NCBI GenBank assembly: GCA_034408745.1
Contig: JAWXCM010000206.1
Coordinates: forward strand, 6,326-70,325
Source of the DNA: Bryobacteraceae bacterium
GTDB lineage: Bacteria; Acidobacteriota; Terriglobia; Bryobacterales; Bryobacteraceae
Reading direction: 5' to 3'
Length of the DNA: 64,000 bases
A program made the translations under genes and the position numbers. Below the pieces are notes generated by a model. That model had not been told where the DNA came from and did not search any database. It saw nothing but the letters and a program-made list of their open reading frames with translations. Below, piece after piece: positions 18,939 through 30,358 of this stretch (the first letter of the stretch is position 1; each line of letters starts with the position of its first letter).

Positions 18939-20387
18939 GTGCTAATGAGTCACGGCACACGGAGAAACTGGATCGCTGGCTTTATCCTGCTGCTCTGTGT
19001 CGCCCTTGGCTTCGGCTGGGGAGTAATCTACAGCCGTTCCGCCAGCCCGAAAGCGCAACGGCGCATTCTCTACTACCACGATCCGATGCACCCGGCCTAC
19101 CGGTCCGATAAGCCTGGTATTGCTCCCGACTGCGGAATGGACCTGGAGCCCGTCTACGCCGACTCCGGTTCGGCGGCCGACTCCAGCGCCGCGACCGGGA
19201 CTGCCGGCAACCGCGTTGGAGCCGACATCGTCCAGGCGGTCGGCATCGTGACAGAAGAAGCGCGGCGTTCGGCGTTCGTACACACGATTCGGACGACTGG
19301 CCGGGTGGTTCAGGATGAAACGCGCGTCTATCGCGTAGTTTCAGGCAGCGAAGGCTGGGTTCGAAGTATCACGCCGAAGGCTACAGGAACCGTTGTAAGT
19401 AAAGGGGACCTGCTGGCGGTCTATTACGGTCGTGATTTTCAGGCGGCTCAGCAGTCCCTGATGTACGCGCTGAAGAACCTGGAAACAGCGAAGGCGGCAG
19501 CCGAAGGCAAGGTTCCGGCTGTGTCGCAAAATCAGGTGGATGCGGCGGTGGAGAACCTTCTCGCCCTGGGCGTGTCGGATATCCAGGTCGAGGCGCTTCG
19601 TAAAACAGGCCAGACGACCAGGAATATCGAACTACGGGCGCCCATCAGCGGCTTCATTCTCGCCAATAACGTGTTCACCGGTATGCGATTTGAACGGGGA
19701 GCGGAACTCGTCCGGCTTGCCGACCTAACCGAAGTCTGGATCACTGCCGATCTCTTCCGCAATGAGTCTTCGTTCGTGCGGCCCGGCAAATCGGCAAAGC
19801 TGACTGTGCCCGGTCAGCCCACGTCGACCATTGCCAAAGTAACGGATGCCTTGCCACTGTTCGATGGAGTTTCGCGAACGATGAAAGTCCGGCTGCAGGC
19901 CAACAACCCGGGCTACGTTTTGCGGCCCGGTATGTTTGTCGATGTCGAGTTTCCCGTTGAGACAGCACCGTCGCTGCATGTTCCAGTCGACGCCGTGGTC
20001 ACGTCGGGCACACAGAAGAGTGTTTTCGTGGAGCGTGAAACCGGCGGATACGACCGGCGCAGCGTCGAGACTGGCTGGCAGTTCGGCGACAGAGTCGAGA
20101 TTGTCTCCGGCATTGCTCCTGGCGACCGGATTGTGCGGTCCGGTGTCTTCCTGCTGGACTCGGAAGCAAGGATGAAGACGACGGTGCCGCAGCGGGCCCC
20201 TCCTGCCGAACCATCCCAAACGTCCCGGCTGTCCGAAGTCACGGACCCTGTCTGCCACATGAAGACAACTTCGACAGAACATACGGTCCTGTATGGAGGG
20301 CGCGAAGTTCGACTCTGTTCGAAAGCCTGCAAAGCGCGCTTTGAGGCGGATCCGCAGAAGTACGTTTCCGGTTCTCGGCCGCTATGA
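18939..20387 (+). CDS. cusB: CusB-like RND periplasmic adaptor with a C-terminal YHS domain
   Basis: N-terminal TM anchor. YYHDPMHPAYRSDKPGIAPDCGMDLEPVY matches the CusB/SilB N-terminal metal-site motif. HlyD-like body. The tail VCHMKTTSTEHTVLYGGREVRLCSKACKARFEADPQKY looks like a YHS/TRASH domain. Start is GTG at 18939 or ATG at 18945. Confidence 0.75.
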   Translation: MLMSHGTRRNWIAGFILLLCVALGFGWGVIYSRSASPKAQRRILYYHDPMHPAYRSDKPGIAPDCGMDLEPVYADSGSAADSSAATGTAGNRVGADIVQAVGIVTEEARRSAFVHTIRTTGRVVQDETRVYRVVSGSEGWVRSITPKATGTVVSKGDLLAVYYGRDFQAAQQSLMYALKNLETAKAAAEGKVPAVSQNQVDAAVENLLALGVSDIQVEALRKTGQTTRNIELRAPISGFILANNVFTGMRFERGAELVRLADLTEVWITADLFRNESSFVRPGKSAKLTVPGQPTSTIAKVTDALPLFDGVSRTMKVRLQANNPGYVLRPGMFVDVEFPVETAPSLHVPVDAVVTSGTQKSVFVERETGGYDRRSVETGWQFGDRVEIVSGIAPGDRIVRSGVFLLDSEARMKTTVPQRAPPAEPSQTSRLSEVTDPVCHMKTTSTEHTVLYGGREVRLCSKACKARFEADPQKYVSGSRPL

Positions 20388-23300
20388 CTGGCCGGATCAT
20401 CGACTTCTCCGTCCGAAACCGGCTTCTGGTTCTTCTGATCGTTGCGGTTGCCACCCTGGGCGGACTGTGGTCCATGCTCCACGTGCCCTTGGATGCGATT
20501 CCCGATCTCAGCGAAACACAGGTCATCATCTACTCTCGCTGGGACCGCAGTCCGGACGTGATGGAGGATCAGGTCACGTATCCGATCGTCACGTCGATGC
20601 TCGGAGCGCCACGTGTGAAGGCGGTTCGTGGATTCTCCGATTTCGGCTATTCGTTCGTATACGTGATCTTCGAAGAGGGTACAGACCTGTACTGGGCGCG
20701 CACCCGTACTCTCGAGTACCTGTCGGGCACCGTGGCGCGCCTTCCCGATGGCGTTAAAACCGAGCTCGGTCCGGACGCAACAGCTCTCGGATGGGTGTAC
20801 CAGTATGTGATCACGGACGATTCGGGAAAGCACACGCTGGCCGATATCAGGTCGTATCAGGACTGGTACCTTCGCTACTATCTGAAATCCGTGCCGGGTG
20901 TCGCCGAAGTTGCCTCGGTGGGCGGATTTCAGCCGCAGTTCCAGGTCAACGTTGACCCCAACCGGCTGCAGGCTTATGGTATCCCGATCCGCAAGGTGAC
21001 CGAGGCCGTGCGCGCAGGCAATACCGAGGCCGGAGGACGCCTGATCGAGTTCGGCGGCAGTGAGTACATGGTGCGCGGCCGGGGCTACGCCCGTTCCCTT
21101 CAGGACATCGAAGAGATTGTGCTGGCCGCGGGCGCCGATGGCACTCCGATTCGCATCAGAGACATAGGACAGGTGGCGCTCGGCCCCGATCTCCGCCGCG
21201 GTTTGGCCGATCTCGACGGAAAGGGCGAGGTCGTATCGGGCATCATTCTGATGCGTCAGGGGCAGAACGCCCTGGACGTCATCAACCGCGTGAAGGGGAA
21301 GCTCAACGAAATTGGGCCCAGCCTGCCGTCGGGCATGAAGATCCTGCCAATTTACGACCGCTCTGAGCTGATCGACAAATCGATCGACAATCTGAAATGG
21401 ACTTTGGTCGAAGTGACAGTGACCGTGTCCCTGATCATTCTCCTGTTCCTGTGGCACATTCCCAGCGCGATCATCCCGGTAGTCACCATTCCAATAGCGG
21501 TCCTGGTTGCCTTCATTCCCTTCCGGGCCGCCGGTATGACTGCGAACATCATGTCGCTTGGCGGCATTGCAATCGCAATCGGCGCACTGGTGGATGCCGC
21601 CATCGTAGTCGTGGAACAAACGCACAAACGCCTTGATGAATGGGAACGGGCGGGCCGGCCATCCGACTACCAGGGCGTTGTGGTTGCCGCGATCAAGGAA
21701 GTGGCCGGTCCCAGCTTCTGGGCGCTGCTCGTGATCGCCGTGGCCTTCCTGCCGGTACTCACACTGGAAGATCAGGAAGGCCGCCTCTTCCGGCCGCTTG
21801 CGTATACCAAGACCCTGTCCATGGTTGTCGCGGCGGTGCTGACCATTACACTCGACCCCGCCCTGCGAGTCCTCTTCACTCACGTGAGGACCTTCCACTT
21901 TCGGCCCGACTGGCTCAGCCGCGCCATGAATGCAACGCTTGCCGGACGGGTCCACCGGGAAGACGAGCACCCTGTCACAAGACGGCTCATTCAGTGGTAT
22001 CAGCCCGTGGTCAGGTGGTCGCTGCGATGGAAATGGGCCGTAATCGGAACGGCTCTTCTGCTCATCGCAGGTACCGTTCCGGTCTACCTCAGGCTCGGCT
22101 CCGAGTTCATGCCGCAGCTGGATGAGGGCGCATTGCTCTATATGCCGTCCACCATGCCTGGCATCTCCGCGACACAGGCCAGGACTCTTTTGCAGGCGAC
22201 AGATGCGGCACTCCGGCGGTTTCCTGAGGTGGAGCATGTACTGGGAAAAGCGGGCCGGGCGGACACACCGACAGACCCGGCTCCACTCTCCATGCTGGAG
22301 ACGGTAATCACGCTGAAGAGTACGGACCTGTGGAGGAGCAAACCTGTTTGGTACTCCACCTGGTCGCCGGAGTGGCTGAAGCCCGCCCTCCGGCACATTA
22401 CGTCCGACCGCCTGTCCCGGGAGGAGTTGATTGCGGAAATGAACGCTGCGCTCCAGGTGCCTGGTCTGAGCAACGCCTGGACGATGCCGGTGAAAGGGCG
22501 CATCGACATGCTTACGACGGGAATCCGCACGCCCGTTGGTTTGAAAGTTTCGGGACCCGACAACGCCGCAATTGCGGACGTCGCTCAGAAGCTGGAGACA
22601 CTGCTGAAGTCGGTCCCGGGTACGCGCAGTGTGTTCGCCGAACGTCCTGGCGAGGGCAACTTCCTCGACATCCAGTGGGACCGTACGTCCCTCGCCCGCT
22701 ATGGACTCAGTATGGAAGAAGCTCAGGCCGTCGTTCAAAGCGCGATCGGCGGGGAGAACGTCACCACGGCGATTCGTGGCAGAGAACGCTACCCGGTCAA
22801 CGTCCGCTACATGCGCGATTTCCGGGCCGGCATCGACGAAATATCGCGGGTACTGGTTCCTGTAAGTGACGGGCAGGCACACGTGCCGCTCAGTGAGCTG
22901 GCGCAGATCCGGACAGTAACCGGTCCCGCCATGCTCCGCAATGAGGATGGTCTGCTGACGGCCTACGTTTACGTGGACATAGCCGGCCGCGACCCCGGCA
23001 GCTACGTGGACGACGCGCGCCGATTCATCGCAGGCAAGATACAACTGCCGGCTGGAACCTCGGTGGCATGGAGCGGGCAGTATGAAGCCATGCAGCGAGT
23101 GCGGGAGAGGCTCTGGACAGTGGTGCCGGTGACGTTCGCTCTCATACTTCTGCTGCTGTACTTCAATACGCAGTCAATCGTGAAAACGTCGATTATCATC
23201 CTTGCCGTTCCGTTCTCCGCAGTCGGTGCCATCTGGCTCCTGTACCTGCTGGGATACAACATGAGCGTCGGCGTGTGGGTCGGCCTCATCGCGCTGCTCG

Positions 23301-23662
23301 GCGTCGATGCCGAGACCGGTGTTTTCATGCTGCTGTACCTTGATTTGTCGTACAACGCGGCTCAGAAGGCGGGTCGGCTTCGGTCGATTGAGGATTTGAG
23401 GGAAGCCATCGTGGAGGGCGCGGCAGGACGGATCCGCCCCAAGTTCATGACGGTGCTGGCCATGTTTGTCGGGCTGATTCCGATTCTGTGGGCGAACGGC
23501 ACCGGTGCCGACGTGATGAAGCGCATCGCAGCTCCCATGGTTGGGGGTCTGTTTACGTCATTCCTGCTGGAGTTGCTGGTGTACCCAGCAATATACGAGG
23601 TCTGGAAGTGGAATTTCCAGACCCCGGCATCGGAGCAACCGAATCTGCCCGTCAGCCTATGA
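20384..23662 (+). CDS. cusA: CusA/CzcA-family heavy-metal efflux RND pump
   Basis: 1092 aa. The N-terminus aligns closely with E. coli CusA as I recall it (DAIPDLSETQVII..., VRGFSDFGYSFVYVIFEEGTDLYWARTRTLEYL, EFMPQLDEGALLYMPSTMPGIS). An ATGA overlap links it to the cusB stop. Confidence 0.9.
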   Translation: MTGRIIDFSVRNRLLVLLIVAVATLGGLWSMLHVPLDAIPDLSETQVIIYSRWDRSPDVMEDQVTYPIVTSMLGAPRVKAVRGFSDFGYSFVYVIFEEGTDLYWARTRTLEYLSGTVARLPDGVKTELGPDATALGWVYQYVITDDSGKHTLADIRSYQDWYLRYYLKSVPGVAEVASVGGFQPQFQVNVDPNRLQAYGIPIRKVTEAVRAGNTEAGGRLIEFGGSEYMVRGRGYARSLQDIEEIVLAAGADGTPIRIRDIGQVALGPDLRRGLADLDGKGEVVSGIILMRQGQNALDVINRVKGKLNEIGPSLPSGMKILPIYDRSELIDKSIDNLKWTLVEVTVTVSLIILLFLWHIPSAIIPVVTIPIAVLVAFIPFRAAGMTANIMSLGGIAIAIGALVDAAIVVVEQTHKRLDEWERAGRPSDYQGVVVAAIKEVAGPSFWALLVIAVAFLPVLTLEDQEGRLFRPLAYTKTLSMVVAAVLTITLDPALRVLFTHVRTFHFRPDWLSRAMNATLAGRVHREDEHPVTRRLIQWYQPVVRWSLRWKWAVIGTALLLIAGTVPVYLRLGSEFMPQLDEGALLYMPSTMPGISATQARTLLQATDAALRRFPEVEHVLGKAGRADTPTDPAPLSMLETVITLKSTDLWRSKPVWYSTWSPEWLKPALRHITSDRLSREELIAEMNAALQVPGLSNAWTMPVKGRIDMLTTGIRTPVGLKVSGPDNAAIADVAQKLETLLKSVPGTRSVFAERPGEGNFLDIQWDRTSLARYGLSMEEAQAVVQSAIGGENVTTAIRGRERYPVNVRYMRDFRAGIDEISRVLVPVSDGQAHVPLSELAQIRTVTGPAMLRNEDGLLTAYVYVDIAGRDPGSYVDDARRFIAGKIQLPAGTSVAWSGQYEAMQRVRERLWTVVPVTFALILLLLYFNTQSIVKTSIIILAVPFSAVGAIWLLYLLGYNMSVGVWVGLIALLGVDAETGVFMLLYLDLSYNAAQKAGRLRSIEDLREAIVEGAAGRIRPKFMTVLAMFVGLIPILWANGTGADVMKRIAAPMVGGLFTSFLLELLVYPAIYEVWKWNFQTPASEQPNLPVSL

Positions 23663-25379
23663 CGTCGAAAGGACGCATCATTTCGTTGTCCTCGTGCTCG
23701 AGGATATGGCAATGATGCACGTACCGGAACCGTTGGTTCGGCGTGACCTGCGCATTTTCCGGCAGATCGAATTTCACCAGAACCCGGACCACCTCGGAGA
23801 AGCCGACGTGTACCGTGTCGAGAGGCGCGTTTAATTCGTTGGGCGCCGGCGGAACCGGAGGACCCAGCGGCACAATGTTGCCAGTTGCCGTCCACGCCGG
23901 CTCGTTGAACGCCTGCCTGTCGATCACCTGCATGTGAGCGAGGTGAACATGCTGCGGGTGCCCGCCGATAACAGCATTGATGAACCGCCAGATCTCGGTG
24001 CTGCCAGCCTTCGGCATCACACCAACCGGTTCGTCGTACATCCTGTTCTCCAGCAGGAGAATCGTGGGCGAGCCAATCGTGTTCGTCCTCTCCACCATCA
24101 CGATATCGCGCGTGAGGGTTGCCTTCGAAGCATCAATAGGCGGCCGCGCCGGCAGTACCTGCGGAATCGCCGTTGTGTCGGCTGAAGAAACGCTGTTAGC
24201 CACCCGGAACTGCATCATTGGCGACGGCGGAGGCGGAATCGGGAACGGCAGGTCGAACGGCAAGCCGTAGGGTGTCTTCGCGTCAGTCGTAATAAGAACG
24301 TTCTTGCCCTGCAGCGCACTGAAATCGACAATGACGTCCGCACGCTGACCCGGCGCGATGAGCAGAGTGTCCAGCGGCACGGGAGCGGGGAGAAATCCCT
24401 GATCTGCGCCAATCTGCACAATTTTGGCCGCCTGCGAAGTGGTACCCTCAACCTCGAGCCGAATGTTGAAGTAGCGCGAGTTGGAACCGTTAGTGATCCG
24501 GAACCGATACTTGCGCGGCTCGACCGCAAGAAACGGACGTACTTTGCCGTTGACCACCGGCGTATCGGTGAAATAGTCAGGCTGCCAGACGGGATGCTCG
24601 GTCGTCAGACCAACGGGCGGGTAGCTGATCGAACCATCCGGCCTGAGCACGCGGTCCTGCAGCACGAGAGGAACTTCGAATCGACCCTTCGGGATGTTGA
24701 GCGCATCCTCGTCGGCATCGCGAATCGTGTACAAACCGGCGAGTCCGGCCAGAACGTTGAGGCGCGTGACGCCGATTGTGTGGTCGTGATACCAGAGGGC
24801 CGTGGCAGGTTGATCGTTTGGATAGTAGTACAGATCGTCGGTAAACGACTTGCCGCGCTGCTTTGTCTGCCGGGTGTACCAGGCCTCGGGGTGACCATCG
24901 CTGTCGGGAAGCACCTTGCCTCCATGCAGGTGAACCACCGTGCGGACCTCAGGCATACCTGGTTGCGCGCCGTGCAGCGTAGGGTCTATTGCGTAGCTCA
25001 GCAGATGTTGTTCGCTGGTCAGCTCATTGGGGAAGCGAACCTGAATTGGTTCGCCGGAACGCACTTCGAAGGACGGGCCAGGAATCATCCCGTTGTATCC
25101 CCAGAGACGCGTTGCAGGCAGGTCCGCGTGAAACTGGTGCGTTGTCTCCCGGATGGGGACTTCATAGGTCCACACGTCGACCGGCGGTCCCCCGTAGCCT
25201 TTGGGCGACATCCGTTCTTTTCCAGTCGGCCTGATTACGCCCGGTAGTGGCAGCGGGTCTTTAAACCATGTGAGGTTCGGCGTGCCGGGCGGCGGGCCCT
25301 GCGCACGAACCAGGTCTGAAAGCGACAAGTATGCGGCGGCAGTCAGGCCAGCCTTGAGAAAGTCTCTTCTATTTTTCAT
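23652..25379 (-). CDS. Tat-exported multicopper oxidase (CotA/bilirubin-oxidase-like)
   Basis: The twin-arginine signal is MKNRRDFLKAGLTAAAYL. Copper-site motifs are HLHG, WYHDH and HCHILEHEDNEMM. The 3' end overlaps the cusA 3' end by 11 nt in convergent orientation. Confidence 0.8.
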   Translation of the reverse strand: MKNRRDFLKAGLTAAAYLSLSDLVRAQGPPPGTPNLTWFKDPLPLPGVIRPTGKERMSPKGYGGPPVDVWTYEVPIRETTHQFHADLPATRLWGYNGMIPGPSFEVRSGEPIQVRFPNELTSEQHLLSYAIDPTLHGAQPGMPEVRTVVHLHGGKVLPDSDGHPEAWYTRQTKQRGKSFTDDLYYYPNDQPATALWYHDHTIGVTRLNVLAGLAGLYTIRDADEDALNIPKGRFEVPLVLQDRVLRPDGSISYPPVGLTTEHPVWQPDYFTDTPVVNGKVRPFLAVEPRKYRFRITNGSNSRYFNIRLEVEGTTSQAAKIVQIGADQGFLPAPVPLDTLLIAPGQRADVIVDFSALQGKNVLITTDAKTPYGLPFDLPFPIPPPPSPMMQFRVANSVSSADTTAIPQVLPARPPIDASKATLTRDIVMVERTNTIGSPTILLLENRMYDEPVGVMPKAGSTEIWRFINAVIGGHPQHVHLAHMQVIDRQAFNEPAWTATGNIVPLGPPVPPAPNELNAPLDTVHVGFSEVVRVLVKFDLPENAQVTPNQRFRYVHHCHILEHEDNEMMRPFDVIG

Positions 25380-25748
25380 CGAGAAAGCGTAATTCCCTTG
25401 CTGATGTAAAGACCGTTCCGATTCGTGTAAGTAGAAGCCAGAGTAGTGACAAGAGGATACTGCACAATTTCACACTTCGCAACAGGTCAACGTCAAATTA
25501 TCGCCAGACATCTGAACTTCGGTGGAGAGAGTGACCCACAATACCCTGGAGAACCAGTCGATGCCATACAGTAGATGCCGGGGTGCCTGCGTCAGGTGGA
25601 AATTTTGGGCCTGATCGGGAGCCCCCCTTTGGAAAAGTGTCCGGCGTTCGAGTCCCTGCACGCCAACCATCCGCCCTCACAGCATCGGATTGCACGCCTG
25701 TGATACATTCTCCGTCCAGGTTAGCTGCTTTTCAATTACGTTTTTCCG

Positions 25749-26762
25749 ATGGGGGTGCTCGTGTTATCGAAACTCATCTTTGCCTTATTCCTGACCGCTC
25801 TGGCGGCGGCCGGTCAGGATTCCCGAGTGGCCGTTGCTGGTGTCGTCACCGACGCCCAGGGCGCCACTGTTGTGGGGGCAAAGGTTGTAATTACCAACCT
25901 ACGTGGCACGAACGGCCGATTTCGCTAAGCAGTCAACCGTCTGGAGTGGCTACTTCCAGGACTGATGGCGCGTGCGCCGGAACCTGACCATCAACCTCGG
26001 AATGCGCTATGAACTCGAGTGGCCGCTCACCGAGCGTTACAACCGCTCCATTCGGGACTTCGATGCGAACGCAGCGCTGCCAATTGAAGCCGCCGCGAAA
26101 GCTGCGTATGCCGCGACCTGAACGTAAGTCGGAAACTCTCTGTTGTCCCGCAGTCCGGTGTTCGATGCGGAACGAGTGAACTAACGGACCGCCAACATTC
26201 CCAATCCATTCCGTATACTTCCGGGCGTGAACGGGACTCTGGGGACAAACAATACCATCACCAGAGAAAACCTGCTGAAAGATTTCCCGCGGTTTTCGGC
26301 CGTAAAGACCACCACATATCAGGGATACTCGTGGTATCACTCGCTGCAGGTTCGTGGACAGCGGCGAGTCAGCACCACATTATCTGTAAATAGTTCGTTC
26401 ACGTGGTCGAAGAACATGACGGCCACCACCTGCGCCTTCTGGCCAAAAATGCTCCCCGGTTCGTCGACGCCATCATTGGCGGCTGGTAATTCGTCTCCAT
26501 TTTCCTGTTCCAGAGCGGACAGCCGCTGGCGTGGGGGGATGTGATCTTCGCCGGAGATCCCGACGCCATCGCCGCCGAGCGGCGCCCCAGAGCGTTCGGT
26601 GTACCAGAAATACATACAGTCCATGGTGAGGCGCTAAACGCCCTCAATCATCCCCAGTTCGGTGCGCCCCAGATGGACCAGTTCAATGCGGCTTTCGGTC
26701 AGATTACGGCGACAGCGAATTACCCCCGGCAAATCCAGGGCGTGGTTCGCTTTACATTCTGA
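25749..26762 (+). pseudogene. Shattered remnant of a CarboxypepD_reg-type TonB-dependent receptor
   Basis: Signal peptide plus domain start MGVLVLSKLIFALFLTALAAAGQDSRVAVAGVVTDAQGATVVGAKVVITN ends at a stop at 25926-25928. Later frame-broken pieces read WR..RNLTINLGMRYELEWPL, GYSWYHSLQV...SSFTWSKNM and ALNHPQFG...FGQITATANYPRQIQGVVRFTF (terminal F). Each piece matches a segment of the intact receptor at 31182-34598. About 1 kb remains of a gene that should be about 3.4 kb. Confidence 0.6.
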
Positions 26763-26784
26763 TCTCCCTCGCCTGAGGAGCGCA

Positions 26785-29421
26785 TTACTCGCCGCTCTGC
26801 TGCATCATCTTTGCCACCAGGCCGGTCCATCCGGTCTGATGGCTGGCTCCCAGCCCAGACCCGCTATCGCCATGGAAGTACTCGCAGAACAGCACCAGGT
26901 CGCGCCAGTTGGGATCGGACGCATAGCGACTGTCAGCCCCGTGAACAGGGCGCCGGCCCTGTTCATCGCGCAGGAAAATGTGCGTGAGGCGTCTCGAAAT
27001 CTCCTGAGAAACTTCCCACAAATTGAGATACTGGCCCGAACCCGTGGGGCACTCCACTTTGAAGTCGTCTCCCAAATAGTGATGGAATTTCTGCAGCGAC
27101 TCGATTAAAAGATAATTGACGGGAAACCAGATGGGACCCCGCCAGTTCGAGTTGCCACCGAACAGCCCAGTCGAGGACTCACCAGGCTCATAGGCGACAG
27201 TGTATTCCGCGCCGTCGGTGTGGAACCGGAAAGGGTGGTTCCTGTGGCAACGGGACAGTGCCCGGATGCCGTAGTCCGAGAAAAACTCGTTGGTGTCGAG
27301 CATTGTCTGAAGAATGCGTCGAAGCTGATCGCCGTCCACGATGGAGAGCAGTCGGCGTTCCCCTTCCCCCTCGGTCTGCATGCAGGCAACATTGCGCGTG
27401 AGATCTTTCCGATTCTCAATAAACCAGTCCAGGCGCCGTTTAAATCCGGGGAGCTTATCGATAATACGTGGCTCCAGCGTCTCAACCGCGAACAGCGGAA
27501 TCAGGCCAACAATGGAACGAACACTCATCGGAACTTGATTCCCCGCCGGCGTATGCAGCACGTCATAGAAGAATCCGTCTTTCTCATCCCACATGCCAAC
27601 GCCGTCCTCGCCGAGGTGATTAATCGCATTCGCGATATACAGGAAATGCTCCCAAAACTTGCTCGCGACGTCTTCGTACGCAGGGTCTTCGCTGGCAAGT
27701 TCGAGGGCGATGGCCAGCAGGTTGAGACTATACATGGCCATCCAGCCTGTGCCGTCCGCCTGTTCGATATAACCGCCGCCCGGAAACGGGGAGCTTCGGT
27801 CGAAGACGCCGATATTATCGAGGCCGAGGAAGCCGCCCTGGAAGACATTCCGCCCGTCCGCATCCTTGCGGTTGACCCACCACGTGAAGTTCAGCAGCAG
27901 CTTGTGAAAGATTCGCTGCAGGAACGTGCGATCCCCGAAGCCGCGCCGTTTCTTCTCAATCTTGTACACGCGCCACGCGGCCCACGCGTGCACGGGAGGG
28001 TTTACATCGCCGAACGCCCATTCATATGCCGGCACCTGACCGTTGGGGTGCATGTACCATTCGCGAACCATGAGCATCAGCTGCTCCTTCGCAAACTCGG
28101 AGTCGACCAGCGCGAGAGGAACACAGTGGAACGCAAGGTCCCAGGCCGCGAACCATGGATATTCCCACTTGTCGGGCATGGAAATGACGTCTGCGGCGTA
28201 GAGGTGCTTCCACTCGCGGTTGCGTCCGAACTTGCGGCCGCGCGGAGGAGGCGGTAAACCAGGGTCGCCTTCCAGCCAGTCGGAAACGACGAAGTGGTAG
28301 AACTGCTTCGACCAGAGCAGGCCCGCAAAGGACTGCCGCGCCACATTCTTTGCGTCGTCGCTCAGGTATTCCGGAATGATTTCGGAATAGAATTCGTCGG
28401 CTTCGGCCTTACGAACGTCAAACAGAGTGTCGAAGTCCGGATCGGAACCACTGGGAACCGGCGCCGAGTTCGTAAGACGAAGTCGAATCGTGGCGCTCCC
28501 TTGCGCCGGTACGTCGAGCATATAAACCACCGCCGCCTTCGTTCCAGCAGCATCGGCGTTGACCGCCTCGTGGTTGCCGTGGACGACGTATTCGTGGAAC
28601 GCGTCCTTCGAGTAACGACCTCCGCCGCCGTAGTCGAACAGCCGGCGGGAGTTGGTTTCATTTTCAGTGAAAAGGAGATCGGGTGCGCCTTCAAAGACCA
28701 TCCACCGCTTGCCGTATTCGGGCTCGGTCAGCTCGACGGTGGCAGGAGCGCTGCCGTAACGTCTCAGTTCCGGCTTCGGCTCACCGCGGCCCCACGACCA
28801 TGTGTTTCGGAACCAAACGGTGGGGAGCACGTGCAGCCGCGCCGGCTCAGCCCCCCGGTTGTGGACCGTTACGCGAACCAGAACGTCTTCCACTCCCGCC
28901 TTCGCGTACTCGATGAAAACATCGAAGTATCGGTCGTCATCGAACACGCCCGTGTCGATTAGTTCGAACTCACCCTCGGCCCGGCTTCGCTGGCGATTCT
29001 CCTCCACCAGTCTGCCGTACGGGAACTCGGCCTGAGGGTACTTGTACAGGAACTTCATGTACGAATGCGTCGGCGTGTTGTCGAGGTAGTAGTAACACTC
29101 CTTCACGTCTTCGCCATGATTTCCTTCGTTGCCTGTGAGACCGAACAGACGTTCCTTCAGGAAGGGATCCCTCCCATTCCAGAGCGCGACGGCGAAACAA
29201 ATTTTCTGATGACGGTCGCAGATTCCGCCAATTCCGTCTTCATTCCACCGATACGCTCGAGACCGCGCGTGGTCATGAGGGAAGTATTCCCACGGCGTGC
29301 CGGCGGGGCTGTAATCTTCCCGGACTGTGCCCCACGCGCGCTCACTCAGGTAGGGTCCCCAGCGCTTCCAGTGTTCTGTTCGGGCATTCGCCGCTTCCAG
29401 GCGTTGTAGTTCCGGTGTCAT
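26785..29421 (-). CDS. GH63-like (MGH1-like) glucosidase
   Basis: The ATG at 29421 ([11 protein letters not shown]) was chosen. The 77-aa extension in the ORF track overlaps the SDR gene. [18 protein letters not shown]...[18 protein letters not shown]...[41 protein letters not shown] is the conserved N-terminus of bacterial GH63-type glucosidases, as I recall it. Confidence 0.65.
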   Translation of the reverse strand: MTPELQRLEAANARTEHWKRWGPYLSERAWGTVREDYSPAGTPWEYFPHDHARSRAYRWNEDGIGGICDRHQKICFAVALWNGRDPFLKERLFGLTGNEGNHGEDVKECYYYLDNTPTHSYMKFLYKYPQAEFPYGRLVEENRQRSRAEGEFELIDTGVFDDDRYFDVFIEYAKAGVEDVLVRVTVHNRGAEPARLHVLPTVWFRNTWSWGRGEPKPELRRYGSAPATVELTEPEYGKRWMVFEGAPDLLFTENETNSRRLFDYGGGGRYSKDAFHEYVVHGNHEAVNADAAGTKAAVVYMLDVPAQGSATIRLRLTNSAPVPSGSDPDFDTLFDVRKAEADEFYSEIIPEYLSDDAKNVARQSFAGLLWSKQFYHFVVSDWLEGDPGLPPPPRGRKFGRNREWKHLYAADVISMPDKWEYPWFAAWDLAFHCVPLALVDSEFAKEQLMLMVREWYMHPNGQVPAYEWAFGDVNPPVHAWAAWRVYKIEKKRRGFGDRTFLQRIFHKLLLNFTWWVNRKDADGRNVFQGGFLGLDNIGVFDRSSPFPGGGYIEQADGTGWMAMYSLNLLAIALELASEDPAYEDVASKFWEHFLYIANAINHLGEDGVGMWDEKDGFFYDVLHTPAGNQVPMSVRSIVGLIPLFAVETLEPRIIDKLPGFKRRLDWFIENRKDLTRNVACMQTEGEGERRLLSIVDGDQLRRILQTMLDTNEFFSDYGIRALSRCHRNHPFRFHTDGAEYTVAYEPGESSTGLFGGNSNWRGPIWFPVNYLLIESLQKFHHYLGDDFKVECPTGSGQYLNLWEVSQEISRRLTHIFLRDEQGRRPVHGADSRYASDPNWRDLVLFCEYFHGDSGSGLGASHQTGWTGLVAKMMQQSGE

Positions 29422-29455
29422 GGCTGTTTGCGTCGGTGACACAGGATCCTCATGC

Positions 29456-30253
29456 TTATTCTCCCGAAGCCCACGCCACTCGGAACTCCGGATAAAGCGT
29501 GAGTCCGCCGCAGGCGAAGATGGTCTGGCCTGTGATGTAGGAGGCGTCGTCGGAGGCGAGGAACGCGAAGACCGCGGCAATCTCCGACGCCTCGGCAGCG
29601 CGTCCCATGGGGATGTGCTGTTCCACTTCCGCGCGAGCCTGCGGGTTGTCAACCCACACCTTGTTGATCGGCGTAACCACGGCGCCAGGGCCGACAGCGT
29701 TTACTCGAATGCCGCGGCCAGCGTACTCCAGCGCCATCGATTTCGTCATGTTCTCCATCCCGCCCTTGCTGATCGAGTAGGGCAGGTACGTCGGTTTCGG
29801 GATGATCTCGTGAACGCTGGAGTTGTTCAGAATCACTCCACCTTTACCTCGGCCCAGGAAGTGGCGAACGGCCTCGCGCGAGCACACAAATGCGCCGCGC
29901 AGGTTCACTCCGATGACCCGGTCAAAGTCGCTGAGTTCGACGTCCTCGGTTGGTGATGCTTTCTGAATCCCGGCGTTATTGACCAGAATGTCGATGTGGC
30001 CCAGTTCCGCAATCGCGGTGGCGAACAGCTGTTGAACCTGCTGCTCCTGCGATACGTCGGCCTGCACCACCACGTGGCGGCCGTTGTTCCCGGCAGACCG
30101 TATTGCCGCCAGCGTTGCTTCGGCTTCTTCTTTGCCGGACCGGTAATGGATGACTACATTGGCGCCTTCTTCCGCGAATCGGATGGCGACAGCCCTTCCG
30201 ATCCCGCTGGAAGCACCGGTGACCAGTACATTCTTTCCTTCGAGCTTACCCAT
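29456..30253 (-). CDS. SDR-family oxidoreductase (glucose 1-dehydrogenase-like)
   Basis: [10 protein letters not shown] Rossmann motif, NNAG, a catalytic Y..xK region and 265 aa. A GGAAGAGGG-type purine run lies before the ATG. Confidence 0.8.
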   Translation of the reverse strand: MGKLEGKNVLVTGASSGIGRAVAIRFAEEGANVVIHYRSGKEEAEATLAAIRSAGNNGRHVVVQADVSQEQQVQQLFATAIAELGHIDILVNNAGIQKASPTEDVELSDFDRVIGVNLRGAFVCSREAVRHFLGRGKGGVILNNSSVHEIIPKPTYLPYSISKGGMENMTKSMALEYAGRGIRVNAVGPGAVVTPINKVWVDNPQARAEVEQHIPMGRAAEASEIAAVFAFLASDDASYITGQTIFACGGLTLYPEFRVAWASGE

Positions 30254-30358
30254 GGCGTCCCTCTTCCTTATCCAGCGAATCAGCCCAGTATTCCCGGCTG
30301 TCTTCGGAATGATAGCGAGGTGTGGAATGCCTTCGACGCGGAGCTGACGAACAGACTG

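Noticed and set aside
19913-23044. 1043-aa minus-strand ORF
   Set aside because: It is entirely antisense to cusA, which has unmistakable RND pump similarity. This is a shadow ORF of GC-rich DNA.
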